Counted from the stretch's first letter, positions 11,000-24,402 are shown. The stretch is DNA of 64,000 nt from Chrysomallon squamiferum (GCA_012295275.1 CM022671.1:14570001-14634000); one strand, 5' to 3'. The notes: generated by a model from the letters alone, not told the origin. Numbers and translations: made by a program.

Positions 11000-13900
11000 T
11001 CACGGATTGAGAAATGTGTGTTCAAACCACTGTGGATTATTTTCCATAAACTGATGCACTCTGTCTACACTCTCACAAAAACACTTTTCTTCTTCAGAGT
11101 TCACAAAACTGATCTTTCCTCCAGAAACACCAAACCAAGTTAATAATTCTTCTATTGTCATTTGTCTTTTTCTGCTGCCAGCACTAGAACTGTCTTTGGT
11201 CAGAACAAAATGTTTGCAAGAAATACTGTGTAAAGCACTGGCAGGAGAGGTCTGCCTGTATCCCAGATTAACAAGAATGACGTTGTGTTTTGTCTTCAGG
11301 TTCTGTAAAAGGTGAGGAGCGATGTCTTTGAAAGGATCAGGGTTGTTGTTGGAAATGGTTCTGAACGTGTTCTCATCAGCCAACATCGCCTTGTACAGCT
11401 GATGTAGCAGCTGTGAGTAAACGATGACAAACACAGTGTTGTAGTCGCACCTCGCCTGATTGTCAGCCCACAGCACTGTGTTCTCTTTAATTGCAGACAG
11501 CAGATTAGGATCGTCTGGGTAGATGACCTCACTGACCATTTTCTTCAGTAGTTTGACCAGCTGTAAAACTGCCTCTAGATGTTCCTCACAGTCACTGCAG
11601 TAAACAAGCACCACTCTCTGTGTTCTAGAAAATTTTCTCTTCCAGCCTGAAAACACAAAAACAGTTCTGTGTTTTACACTCGACTCATCATGTTAATGAT
11701 AATTATAAATAAATAAATAATTTTATTTATTTTTTATTTTTTAAATAATCTTTTATTTTTTAACTGCATTCAGAAATAAATAGTGAGAAATGGTTTCTCT
11801 GGATTAATGAAAATGAAATAAATTATTAATAATGTTATTATTAAATACATTTATGATCTTGCATCTGGTATAGTCTTACATAATAAAGTGTGGGGGAAAT
11901 CTGTCACTAATACAGAAACATCAAACAAGCTAATAAGATAATATTCATCCTCAGTTGTCATTTTGAAATATACTAAATTGGAAAACAATGATCAGCCAAG
12001 TATTGAACACACTTGAGTATGTTTGAAAAACATATTCATCATCTATCTATTATCTAGCTATTAGTCTATCTAATCTATCTATATGATCTCTATTCCTCTC
12101 TGTCTACAGCAAAAGACAATTAGTGGAATATCCAGTCACTTAACTTTGTGTTTTTTTAATATATGATTCTGGCACATTAATGAAACATTAAACAAGGGAG
12201 CCACTGTTACTATAACACTACAAACATTGGTCAGTCAAATACTGATTTTTCAGAAACTCAGGACTGGGATATAATTAAAGTGCCTACATAATGTTAATAC
12301 TATTTGTCTGTACATAATAGTTATAAATGAAGGGGCATTTATATGTTTATATTTAAATGTGTTTGAGTTGTGTATCTGTGTTTTCATTTGAGTGTTCTCT
12401 CAAACTAATGTGCAAGTCTGTTTAGCTGTATGTTTGTGTGTGTGTGTGTGTGTAACTTTGTTAATATCAGAACATAATAAGATTCATTCTGTCTTTTTTC
12501 TCACATTAATATATATTTTTTTTTATTACCTCCAGCCTGTTTGTATTGATTATTTTTATTTCTGTAAATCACACAGAATAGCAGTATTATGGCAAAGAAA
12601 GACAAAGGCACAACCAGTAGCATCCACCACAACAAGTCAGAATTTGTAGTCTTCCTTCTTGAAACCTCAGTAACAGGTTTTACATGAACTGTTTGTGCTG
12701 GAAAAATCAGAATAAACATTTACAAGACATGTAAAATAAATAAATAATAAATATGCTGACAAATTAAGTCAGATCTTTGGTTTGTCTGTCTGAGTTGTTC
12801 TCTGTCAGAGAATCCTCGAGGTAGTCTTTCAGAAGATTTGTTATTTCTTTCAGTACAAAATGACACAAACTAGTGTACTCTTAACAGGCATAAATATAAT
12901 AAATAAAAAAATTAACCTGAAAAATGAAAATATTCAAATATGAAAAGCTAATGAAAATTAATTTGATCAGCATGAGATTCATTGCTCTTAATATAGCTTA
13001 GATTTCCAAAATATTTGTAATTTAGTTTCAAACTACTTTTGTAAATACAGAATTGGTAGAGAGGATTACATGCCTTGCAGTGGCTGGAAATTCAAAGGTG
13101 CTGAGGAAATGAAATTTACTTGACAGCGTCCGATAACTGGACGGATCTGTCAAAGAAAAATTAAATATTATTTCAAATGCAACACAAAGCTGGAAATAAT
13201 GTTAACTCAAAATGTTCAGGTTAAGCCGTGGTCAAGTTAGAATTACATACATAAGTAGTAGACACACACCCCAAGAAGTAAATGAAAATTAATTTAAGCC
13301 ACTTTTTATTAAATATAACAACTGAATAGGACAACTGATAATAAAAGAAATACAGAAAAAAACACTTTTTGAAAAACTGCCTTAAAAAGTAAGGGATTGT
13401 ATAAATTGCATGAAATATTTAGAAAATCTACCGACTCTCTGAGTGAATCAGGCAGTTTACATACCTACCTACATATATATATATAAATATATTTATATAT
13501 ATTTATATATACACTGTTTTAAATTTTCTTATAGGTTATGTACACATCCATTTTTGACTCACTAGTGCATGGTATATTCCACTTGATATATTCTGAAATG
13601 TCACAGACTTTGAAGATAAATCCTGGAAAAATTAAAGAAACCAAATTACATTATCAGATTTTAATTTAAATAAGGTAAGTAATTAATTTTTTGTGTGTAG
13701 TATAATGTCAATAACCCATTCTGAAGTTTACACTGACACAGTACTTATTAATGGAACAGAGAATGTATGAGTATGTACATTTTGTTAAAAAGGCCAACAC
13801 AAAAAACAAATAAAGAACGGAAAATCAGGATATTATGCAGGTTTATAATAACTGATGACTTTTTTTTTGTACTTTTTTTTTAATAGGAAATGAATTAAAT

Positions 13901-14726
13901 GAAAATGAGCTTGGTACATACCATGAAAAGTTTTTTAAAGCGATAGAAAATATCTTTGTGATCTTTTGTAACCAGTCCAACTTCAACAAAAAAATCTGTT
14001 TTAGTTGTTTCCCATTTCACTGTGATGGTTCTTTTAACTAAATCTGGTTCAGTGTAAAAGTCATTTGGCTTCCATTGCTGACAGTTTTTGTCTTCAAAAG
14101 CAATGTTATTTGCTGGTGCTATGACTAGAAATAAAAATAATTTTATAATTTCACTTTCTGTTAATTATTTACATCTGTAAAATTAATTCTGTTAAGAAGA
14201 TTACCGACGATAACAGTAACAGCAACAACCTTTCTAAAAACATTTTTTAAATTATAAAAATAATAATAATAATAAAGAAATATATAATAAAGAAAAAGAA
14301 GAATATTTGTCTTTTACTGTTAATTAGTTATCATTTTGCTATATTGTTTACACACACACACACACACACACAATCGTACCTGGCTGTTTATAAAGCAAAC
14401 TTGTCACTCCTAATGTTTCTCTTCTGGTTCTGTCTTGTTTAACGTACAAGACAGCTGTTACATTGATGTCTCTGTGAAACTGTCTGTACATCTGACATGT
14501 CAGGGATCCCTGGATCTTAAAACAACAACACGTGTTAACATTAACCAGTAACAACACATACACAAACACACACACACACACACACACACTCAACAAACAC
14601 ACACACAACACACACACACACACCACACACACCACACATACACACACACACACACACACTCACACACACCCACACCCACAGATACCTATATGCATAAATA
14701 CAAACAGAAACACACACACTCACATT

Positions 14727-14758
<32 letters not shown>

Positions 14759-14826
14759 GATACCTATATGCATAAATACAAACAGAAACACACACACACA
14801 TACACTCACACACACACACACACACT

Positions 14827-14894
<68 letters not shown>

Positions 14895-16129
14895 AAAAAA
14901 CAACAGACAGGATAGGATGTGAAAAAAATTTCATACTCTTAAACTTCACTTCATAAGACATAATTATTAAAACAAAAATGCTCAGCAGTAAAACAACAAA
15001 AACTTGTAACATTTGTAAAGAACCAACCTGCTGTCGTCTTCTGCTGTCAACTTCAACAACGTAACACCTTCGACTTTGTGTTACCTCTTCTCCATGAGAG
15101 TCATAAAACAGCAGCATCAGTACATACACCTTTGTACTTCCTAAATAAAATGCAACTACCTCATGTGACGAATAGTCAAACATTCAAACTTTTTCAATAC
15201 ACACATACATTCAAAAATGTTTAACAGTATTAAAAGAAATGATATATATAATTATTCATATATTATATTTCTGGGTTATATATCATTTTTATTGTTGTGG
15301 TGGTGTAAAAGGTTTAACATACTCATTTTTATTAAAATCTGACTAACAGTATGTTGTAAACTAATTATATTTTTTCATTTAAAAATTTACAGATAATGAA
15401 AACTACATTATAACAGTTCGATAAGCTTATAGCATAGTTTAAAGAATGCTTTAGTTTATTTATTTATTTATTATAGACAAGCATATGAACATACATAAAT
15501 ACATACATATATTCGTACATACATATAAAAATAAATATGATAAGAAGAGAACAACATCATCATCATCATCATCATTAATAAATTTTTCTTGCTTTTGATA
15601 TATATATATATATATATATTGTTCTTTTCTTATTATATTTATTTCTTCTTCTTTAATTTCTTTTTTTCAAAGTTTCAATAGCTTAAATATTACCTAGATA
15701 ATTCCATTTAAAAGTCAGTAATCTCTGAGAAGATACCGACAAGGAAATATTCAGCAATTCAGCATCAGAATGATCAGGGAGTTTCAGCATCTTGCAGTCT
15801 AAAAACAAAACAGTACAAATAAAATTAATATTATTTATATCAGATTATATTCATAATTTATATAATTTTTCTATCAGATTCTTGGACGTAGAAACAACAT
15901 ATTACCGAGTACAGGTAACATCAGTTAGAAGATAATTACTCTTTTTTTTTAAACTGAATTTATAATTTTTTATAATGAGAACAGAACTAATAGACGTTTT
16001 TATCAATACTTTTCACTGTTATTATGGTGAATGGTCTAATCCAAATATATAATATTATAAACTTGAAGTCAATAAATATTCCTTATTTATTTATTTAGTT
16101 ATAATTTCAAACAATATTGTAAATTTTAC

Positions 16130-16168
<39 letters not shown>

Positions 16169-16625
16169 TTGCAAGTGCGCATGCGTGAATGGCAAAAAAG
16201 TTATCACGAATTAAAATCTCGCGTCCGGATACCCAAGCTGACGAGATCATGGCAACGCTGTGACACAACACTAAATGTACAGTCTAATTCGTATTTGGCT
16301 TTCCTAACGTTTCATTTCCGATTTTTAATATACAGAGCGTTTAAATTACAGTTCAAAAATACATACCTTGGTTAAGAAGAGGCGTGATTTTCTTCATAGC
16401 TACACAGGCTATATCATTCTACAAATAAATGTGGCCAAAAATTTATAATAAACTAATTTTACTGAGTTTAATTAAAAAGAGGAAATTCATCCACACATTA
16501 ACCATACAGGCATTCTTGAAGTGTGAAAAAAAATGTACCCTGATTCAGTTTATTGAAAGCAAACGAAAATAATCAATGAATGGGATTAATATATAAGCAG
16601 ATTAAGCGTAAAAATGTATATTTGT

Positions 16626-16657
<32 letters not shown>

Positions 16658-16782
16658 ATTTATTTATTTATTTATTTATTTATTATTATTATGTTTTAAT
16701 ATCTATAATAATTGATACATTGTTAAAAAGTAATCATGTTTTCGTTTAAAAGAAAGTCTGTCGCAGTATATATATATATATA

Positions 16783-16867
<85 letters not shown>

Positions 16868-17064
16868 ATAAGCAGATAAGCACTTCACTTATATGTAAGT
16901 GGAATAAAAAGTACTCAGAAAATCATTAAAAGTATAGGTATAAACAAATATGTTTAACTCACTTGACACGTTATTTTACAGGAAGTATACTGCCGAGTTG
17001 CTGCAAATGCTATAAAACTCCATAATTGTATGAAGAATAACAAGTTCACAACTTTTGGTGCCAT
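11000..17064 (-). CDS. IL-17 receptor-like type I membrane protein with SEFIR domain, 10 exons, ~550 aa
   Basis: Phase-consistent exons: 16963-17064 (signal peptide MAPKVVNLLFFIQLWSFIAFAA..CQ), ~16367-16418, ~15694-15798, ~15028-15140, ~14380-14515, ~13922-14124, 13563-13622, 13074-13146, 12530-12697 (TM LLWWMLLVVPLSFFAIILLFCVIY), 11000-11646 (RVVLVYCSDCEEHLEAVLQLVKLL...W...VFVIVYS, SEFIR-like). Confidence 0.8.
14545..14890. repeat. Compound (CA)n microsatellite with a duplicated ~35-bp insert (cagatacctatatgcataaatacaaacagaaac)
   Basis: Seen directly in an intron of the IL-17R-like gene; source of the spurious HT/CV ORFs. Confidence 0.95.
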
Positions 17065-17346
17065 TAAAAAAATCAATAAACAAAATACAGTTACTTCTTC
17101 ATGGGTAAAGGTAGCCTTTAGTTATATGTAGATATAAATTGAGGTTACTTTTGTTGTCATAGGTCGCTTAGATACGCATGCGCCTGCGCAAATTCATGGG
17201 ACAACAACGTGACAATATGCATAGAGAGAGATATTCTTCAGAATGAAATCTTGAAACCTTGAACCTTGAACCTTGAAAAAAATTAACGTGCTAATCAGAG
17301 CAAGCTGTTGTGAAAAACGTCTAGGATTTTTTTTCTTCCGATTTTA

Positions 17347-17357
17347 GGGGATTTCCC
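17347..17357. promoter_or_regulatory. NF-kB/Rel site GGGGATTTCCC upstream of the IL-17R-like gene
   Basis: Exact kB consensus ~285 bp upstream of the ATG at 17064. An NRF1-like cgcatgcgcctgcgca (~17175-17190) and repeated ttgaacc (~17251-17277) are nearby. Confidence 0.55.
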
Positions 17358-18470
17358 TTTAAACTTTACGAAGCGTACAGTTTCGTATGTTATGTACCAT
17401 CGTTCCATTTTCGGTATAAACCGATCAGTTTGATGATCCATCGTCCGTGCAGGCTTCGACTGACATGAAGAGGTCTAAAAAAAAACATCTGGCATTTCCA
17501 GACCCTGAAACAGAATCTCCGATATTTTGTGTGATACTATAATTTTAGGAGGACTGTGTTTGGTAAAAATTAGCTTTACTTTTTTTTTTTTTCTCCCCAG
17601 TCTTACATTGCCTGACCGCCGCAGTTAATCTTTAACATAAAGAGACGTTCATGAAACTAAATTTAAAGTGATTAACACAATAACGGAAACTCAACTACAA
17701 AGGGTTTATTTTTTTTGTGTTTTTTTAACTCCAAGCATAATTATAATTCTTATTTATTTATTTTTAAATTTATTCTTCAGTACTTAACCTTTTTTTTTTT
17801 TAAATTATCTTCTGCATACCAGCTTACCTCAGTGGGCTGAACTTTTTAATATCGATTCTTCATTATCATTTTTATTACCTCTAACACTCAAGCCTCTAAT
17901 GTCGTAAAGGTTCCATGCTTGAAAACGTATACCTATACAATATTTATTCTAATAATAACGGTTGTTGTTGTTGTTGTTGTTGTTGTTGTCGTCACCATTA
18001 TCATCATCGTTATTTCTTATATATTTTTGTGAGATAAAATGTGGGAAATTTTTTTGGCCTATAAAGTATTTTCAAACGTTATCCATCAAAATCTTCTAAC
18101 GTCTCTTCTTTTTCAGCCCATGTTGAAATGTTAAAAAATAAAAGAGAAATATAATTATTATATTCAGTTTTTTTTAATCAGTTCTATGATGAATATTATG
18201 GAACATCTGAGTTTAGACATTAATGCATCATCTGTTACATAAACAAAGTGCATTAGTCTTGAAAGGAAATTGCACTAATATTTCATTTATATAAATTTTG
18301 ATGAAATAATAATCATCATAAAAAATATAATTATGATGAAAATGATTTTCTTTAAAAAAAAGTTTAATCTTAATTTAAAAACCATTAATATCTTTAATTC
18401 ATCATCGATAACTTTAATAATTTGAATAAATATTGCTTACAGATTTTGACATAAATTTAATGAATATTTA

Positions 18471-18521
<51 letters not shown>

Positions 18522-18795
18522 ATAAATTAAAATTATAAAAAATAAAGAAAAAAAACACAAAAGAGACCAGAGGAAAATAGTAATGTAAGCTATTTATTTA
18601 CATAAATATACATTTATAAACAAGCCATTATAAATAATTTATTAACAAGCCTACATTCATAACCGAAAAAAAAAAAAAAAAAAAAAATGACATTGTCATA
18701 CTGTACTTAAAGTTAGTCATATTTTTAAAAACAAATACATACAATGAATAAAAAAAAAATTAAAAAAGACTGAAACAAATGAAGAGTCTGTATTT

Positions 18796-19084
18796 CTATA
18801 TGATAATACACATTCGATTGCGCAGTTTGCCCATGAAAGTTAGATTATTAGTGTATTTACAATCGTGCACTGCAGTTTCCAAACACTCGTCGTCTTTTGT
18901 AACTGATCCGTCTGTAAGAAAATAAGTAAACAAACCATATACAAATAAATAAAATTAACGTTGCCGATTTGATCGTTGGTAAAGGTAACAGCAAAATAAC
19001 TATGAAATGCAAACTTCAGATAATTATATCATCTGTGTCTGTGTGTGTGTACGTGTGTGTGCATGTGTGCATATAAATAAATAA

Positions 19085-19116
<32 letters not shown>

Positions 19117-19478
19117 GTATATATATGTATGTATGTATGTATATATATGCATGTGTATATATAAGGTTATATTAGTATATTTACAACCTTGGGCTGGAGT
19201 TTCCTGATCTTCGTCATGTTCTGCAATCGATCCGTCTGTAAAAAATAAATAAATAAATAAAATTAACATTACGTGATTAAATCATTAACAAGGATGACAG
19301 TAAAATAACCATAAAATGCAAAGATCAGAGAATAATCAGGCTTTTGACCTCGTGAAAACCTAAATAATAATGTAAACAAAAAAAACCCCATTATATATCC
19401 ACTTGTTACCCAGAAAAGCTTTTCTCCAAATTATATTTGTAACCATTAAGCGAGATAAAATTTGCGTAAGCCAGCCTG

Positions 19479-19520
<42 letters not shown>

Positions 19521-19785
19521 TAAAATGTTCAGTAGGCAACAACAGTGCATTAAAGACGTGACAAGAATCGAACGATCTAATCTCTAAACTCCAGTCACGA
19601 TCTGAAATAATCAACACGAGCAATGTTTTGTTTATGTTACAGTATCACAAATGCTATGTGATCTGGTTTCACACTTTCAAGAAATATCTTATTTATATTG
19701 ATGATAAGTCACAAAACATTATTTCTGTTTTCTCACCTTTGATATTAACGATTTTTAAAATTTGCAGACATTGTTCTAGTTTTAA

Positions 19786-19819
<34 letters not shown>

Positions 19820-19982
19820 ATGAACAAAATGGATTCTGCTTTGTATGAGAGTTATGATATCTAGAGGAATTTTTTTTTTTAAATAAATGAATAAATAAAT
19901 AAATAAATAAATAAACCAGTTGTTTCACAGTTTAAATAAAATGGATTGATAAACTAAACTGGCAAATCAAAACAGATCGAGA

Positions 19983-20026
<44 letters not shown>

Positions 20027-20180
20027 CAGTTGTTTGAAATATGATTAAAAACTGACGAATAATAAGAGAACGTCATACTTATCAGTTTAGTATTTTGGCC
20101 TAAGCAGTCTGGCTGAACGTCTTCATTATCTGTGAACAAAAATAAAAATAGTTTGGATTGTGATCTCAGTTTTTGATGTT

Positions 20181-20262
<82 letters not shown>

Positions 20263-20450
20263 TGTGTGTGTGTGTGTGTACAACAATAAACTTAAAAATA
20301 ATTAAAACAAGTTTTATGTATCGATCAACTATGTAATGTCCATACCTGACAGTTTAGCATTTTGAATCAATGTCACCGGTTGACGATCTTCATTTTCTGT
20401 GACTAAAAATACAAAATCTTTTTGTGATTGTGATCTTAGTTTTTAATATT

Positions 20451-20528
<78 letters not shown>

Positions 20529-20660
20529 ATTTAGCAGTTTTAAGAATAATATATTTTTCTCTGTCGTGATATGCAAGATCACAAAGATGCTGTCCAAATG
20601 AAGATGCATGAATGCTTAATATTGCTAACCTTTTCCTTGACATCATTTGGATATCGAAAT

Positions 20661-20751
<91 letters not shown>

Positions 20752-21466
20752 CTGATTAATTCGCTATAAAGACCAAAAGGAACTTGCTTCATAGTTTCTA
20801 TGTACGATTTCGCAAAATACTCATTTGCTTCAATGTGTTGATTATAATTCTGGGGTATTAATAAAGTTTTGTGGTAGAAAATTTCAAAGTTTTACAAAAT
20901 ATATTTAAACTCTTTGTAACATATGACTACATCAACTATTATTTCTAATATCCTTTAGTTTAGCATGTGATATATCTTTAAATTATAAACTCTTTTGGTG
21001 ACTTCTGTTTTCCGTTTTGTAATTAACTGTGTGCGTGTGTTTGTGTTTGTGATTCTGTTCGTGTGTGTGTGTGCGTGCGTGTGTCATTGTGTACGTATAT
21101 AATAACTTACTTTTTTCTTCCTCTGTTATCAGTGAATTGAATATGGCGGGCACATTCCACTTGGCATCCCATCGGCCGCCACACCTTCCAGTGGAACATA
21201 TTCTGTCACCACATTCTTCCCACCTAATCACGTGTTCCCGATCTGGCGACACTATTATCCACTTCCATAAAAATGTCGTGTCTTCCGGGACTTTTACCTT
21301 CACAGTCCAGTGGTGGCCGTTTTGCGGGTGTTTCCTCAGCTAGAATGCAGTGCTTAGGATTCCACGCTCCAAGCTGTGGCAGGGAACCCACTAATCCAAC
21401 TCTAGCGTTATTTTCTACTTCGTAATCTGTTTCGAAGGTCAGGTCTAAGTAAGAAGCCGACATCAT
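18796..21466 (-). CDS. CBM20 (starch/glycogen-binding) domain protein with acidic repeat linker and C-terminal CaaX; 1-nt frameshift at ~21320-21323; ~206 aa if corrected
   Basis: Exon 21111-21466 reads VGLVGSLPQLGAWNP...(shift)...GHHWTVKVKVP...FLWKW...RWEECGDR...W, typical of CBM20. Phase-1 exons follow at 20346-20396, 20079-20129 and 19188-19235, then a terminal exon 18796-18911 ending KLRNRMCIII*. Confidence 0.75.
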
Positions 21467-23696
21467 TGCATTTTCCAGTAAAAATTACATTAAAACAGAC
21501 TTATTGATCTGAAAAAGTAAGTAACATATTATTGGATGAAGAGAGAGAAAAAAAAAAAATAATAATAATTAGAATAAATAAATAAAATAACAAGTTTTTA
21601 TATTTTTTTTATTTTTTGTTTAAAAAATAAATAATTAAATAATTAATTTAACAAAACAAAAAATTAAAATAAATAATAAATAAATAATAAATAAATAAAT
21701 TAAATTAAAATAAAATAAAATAAACGAATTTCTTTGGTTTAAAATGAAACCGTTTAAACAATACTATTCACATCTGCTGTTTGTTATTAATAATCTAATG
21801 CGTTTGCGACCTTCAGCGTTTTATCTTCTGTCTAACCCATTAAGAATGTACCAGTAAAATATGAAAGGATGGCTATTGTAAATAAAATAACTGAATCATC
21901 ATCATCATCATTTTAATTATTGTAATTACTATTTTTATCCCAAATTTTAAAATGTTTCTTACAATAATAATATAATTTCATCTAACAAATTAAAGATGAC
22001 ATAAATTCTATACATTTGTTTAGCTGCAGATTCAGTGATTACTGAGTCTTTCACTGTTTATTATTACTTGTTGTTGCTGCTGTTATTGCTAGTGTTATTA
22101 TTATTATTATTAGTGTCATTATTATTATTATTATTATTATTATGATTATTATTATTATTATTATTATAAAATAATATACGAACTACAAATGTAACCACGA
22201 CCTCAACTGCCAATGATAATCAACATAAAAAAAAGAGGAAATAAATAAATAAACAAAATAAATAAAACAATAAATAAAATTTAAAAAAGAAGAAAACAAA
22301 GAAGAATATTTTTTAACTATGATGTTAAATTTATATCGATTTTTGGTAGATTCTTGTCATTTGAGAAACAACAACCGCCTAAAGCTTTAAGCGGTACTAA
22401 AACGACGACAACAAAAACAATTACTACTTACAAAAAACACGTATCTGTCCCTTGTCTCGTTCACTGCATGTTTACTGATTAGTGACGTGCTCGTCAAGCT
22501 TGTAAATCAACTGTTGGACTGTCTTGTATCCTTCACCAATGTCAATGCCGACTCTGACCATGCCAAGGTCGGGCTGGCTCGCCAGAAATAGCATTACATG
22601 CAGAACAATCAATACTAGTAACTATGTCAGTGATATAGATGGTGAGTTAAACAAAATCGCTTCTTGACGTTTGTCTATCTCATCTGCTTGGGGTATGTAA
22701 AAACGTTCGGGGTTTTTTCTTTTTAAAAAAAGCAATTATATCTAAATAATTAATAACCACAGTAAATATATCGTATGAATCTGTTTAATATGCAAAACGC
22801 TTTACCAATAGTGCATCCAATTCACTTTCATTATGTTTTTTTTTCTTTTTGACATTATTTTTATTTTCATATGAATTAAATCGTCTTCCATTTTAACTTT
22901 TAGTCGTCGTTCATTGAACCCTACATAACTGATCTAAATCACAGAAGCCTTTGTTAATTATGGTCCACACTGCATTTCTGTAGTCTGTATGATACGAAGA
23001 GTTGTCTGCACATTTAGAACTGTGTTATCTCGGTAGAATGCAAATACATGACCTTTGATCCGGAGTGTTTTATTGAAAAATGTATTAAATTTTTATATTT
23101 AAGATAAATAAAAATAGAAAAATGCGTTCATAACGTGATTATTTTTAGTACTGTTTTTATTTTTATTTCTGACTAGTCACGAATTGCGAATACATTTCTG
23201 TTGCGGCTGATATTCACACCAACTACTTATTTGTTTTGTTTTATTTTAATTTATTCGTATTTATTTATTTATTTATTTATGTTTGCTGCTGTTGTTTTTT
23301 TTTTTTTGTTTTATGTTGGGTTTTTTTTTTGGAGGGTATTTGTTTTTGTTTTTTTTATTCATTCATCTGGATTTTGCATAGGCTATGTGAGCAATTTTAA
23401 GAAGAAATATTATCTGGAGTTCTTTCCCTTGAGTAATAACCACAAACCAAAACTTCATACCCATTTAAAATTATTTATTTATGGTGTGAGTGATGAAATA
23501 ATTTTCATCGGATGTCTCTGATGCTTTTTATAGCAAAGTGTCTTTTATAATGTGTGTTATATCCCCTTTGATTTTTGTAGTATAAATGAATCGTTTTAGA
23601 TTAATCACGTTATAATAAAATATTCACTCTTTGTCTACTAAGCTGTTATTTAATAAAAATAAAAAAATTATAATTTGTCAAGTTTGATATCGAAAT

Positions 23697-23751
<55 letters not shown>

Positions 23752-23875
23752 CCGTTTATTTCTTTCTTTTTTTTTTTTATTAAAAAATATATATTTTTTT
23801 TTAACTTCTTTTTTTTTCTTCTTTTTTTGTGTGGTGTGTATATTTGATGTATATATGTATGTTTGTGAGTGTGTA

Positions 23876-23965
<90 letters not shown>

Positions 23966-24342
23966 TAAATTGAAAATTAAAACACCAGTGATAGAAAGCC
24001 AATGCTATAATTAAATTTTAGTTGACATGAATCGTTCTAAGTAATAGAGACTAAAACTGTAATAAAATGTTTCCGATGATATTTCATGTTTTAGTAATGT
24101 CTGACTGCTGGAATCACTCACGTCAGTAACTGCCTGATCTTCTTTGTTATGACCTGCAAGGAGAGAAATTCATTTAAATTATGTTAAACATTCCAATCAT
24201 CAGTATACATTTGAAAAATATCTTTGAATCAAATTCTCATAACATAAGCTGAACAGTAGTAAGAATATAACCATGCGGGTATCATAGTAACCAGTGGTAT
24301 ACTAGTAAATGTTTTGTATTATTTATTTATTTGTTTGTTTGC

Positions 24343-24402
<60 letters not shown>

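Noticed and set aside
14532-14956. HT- and CV-repeat ORFs
   Set aside because: (CA)n microsatellite translations.
23646-24014. ER/SL/YI repeat ORFs
   Set aside because: (GA)n and (TA)n microsatellites.
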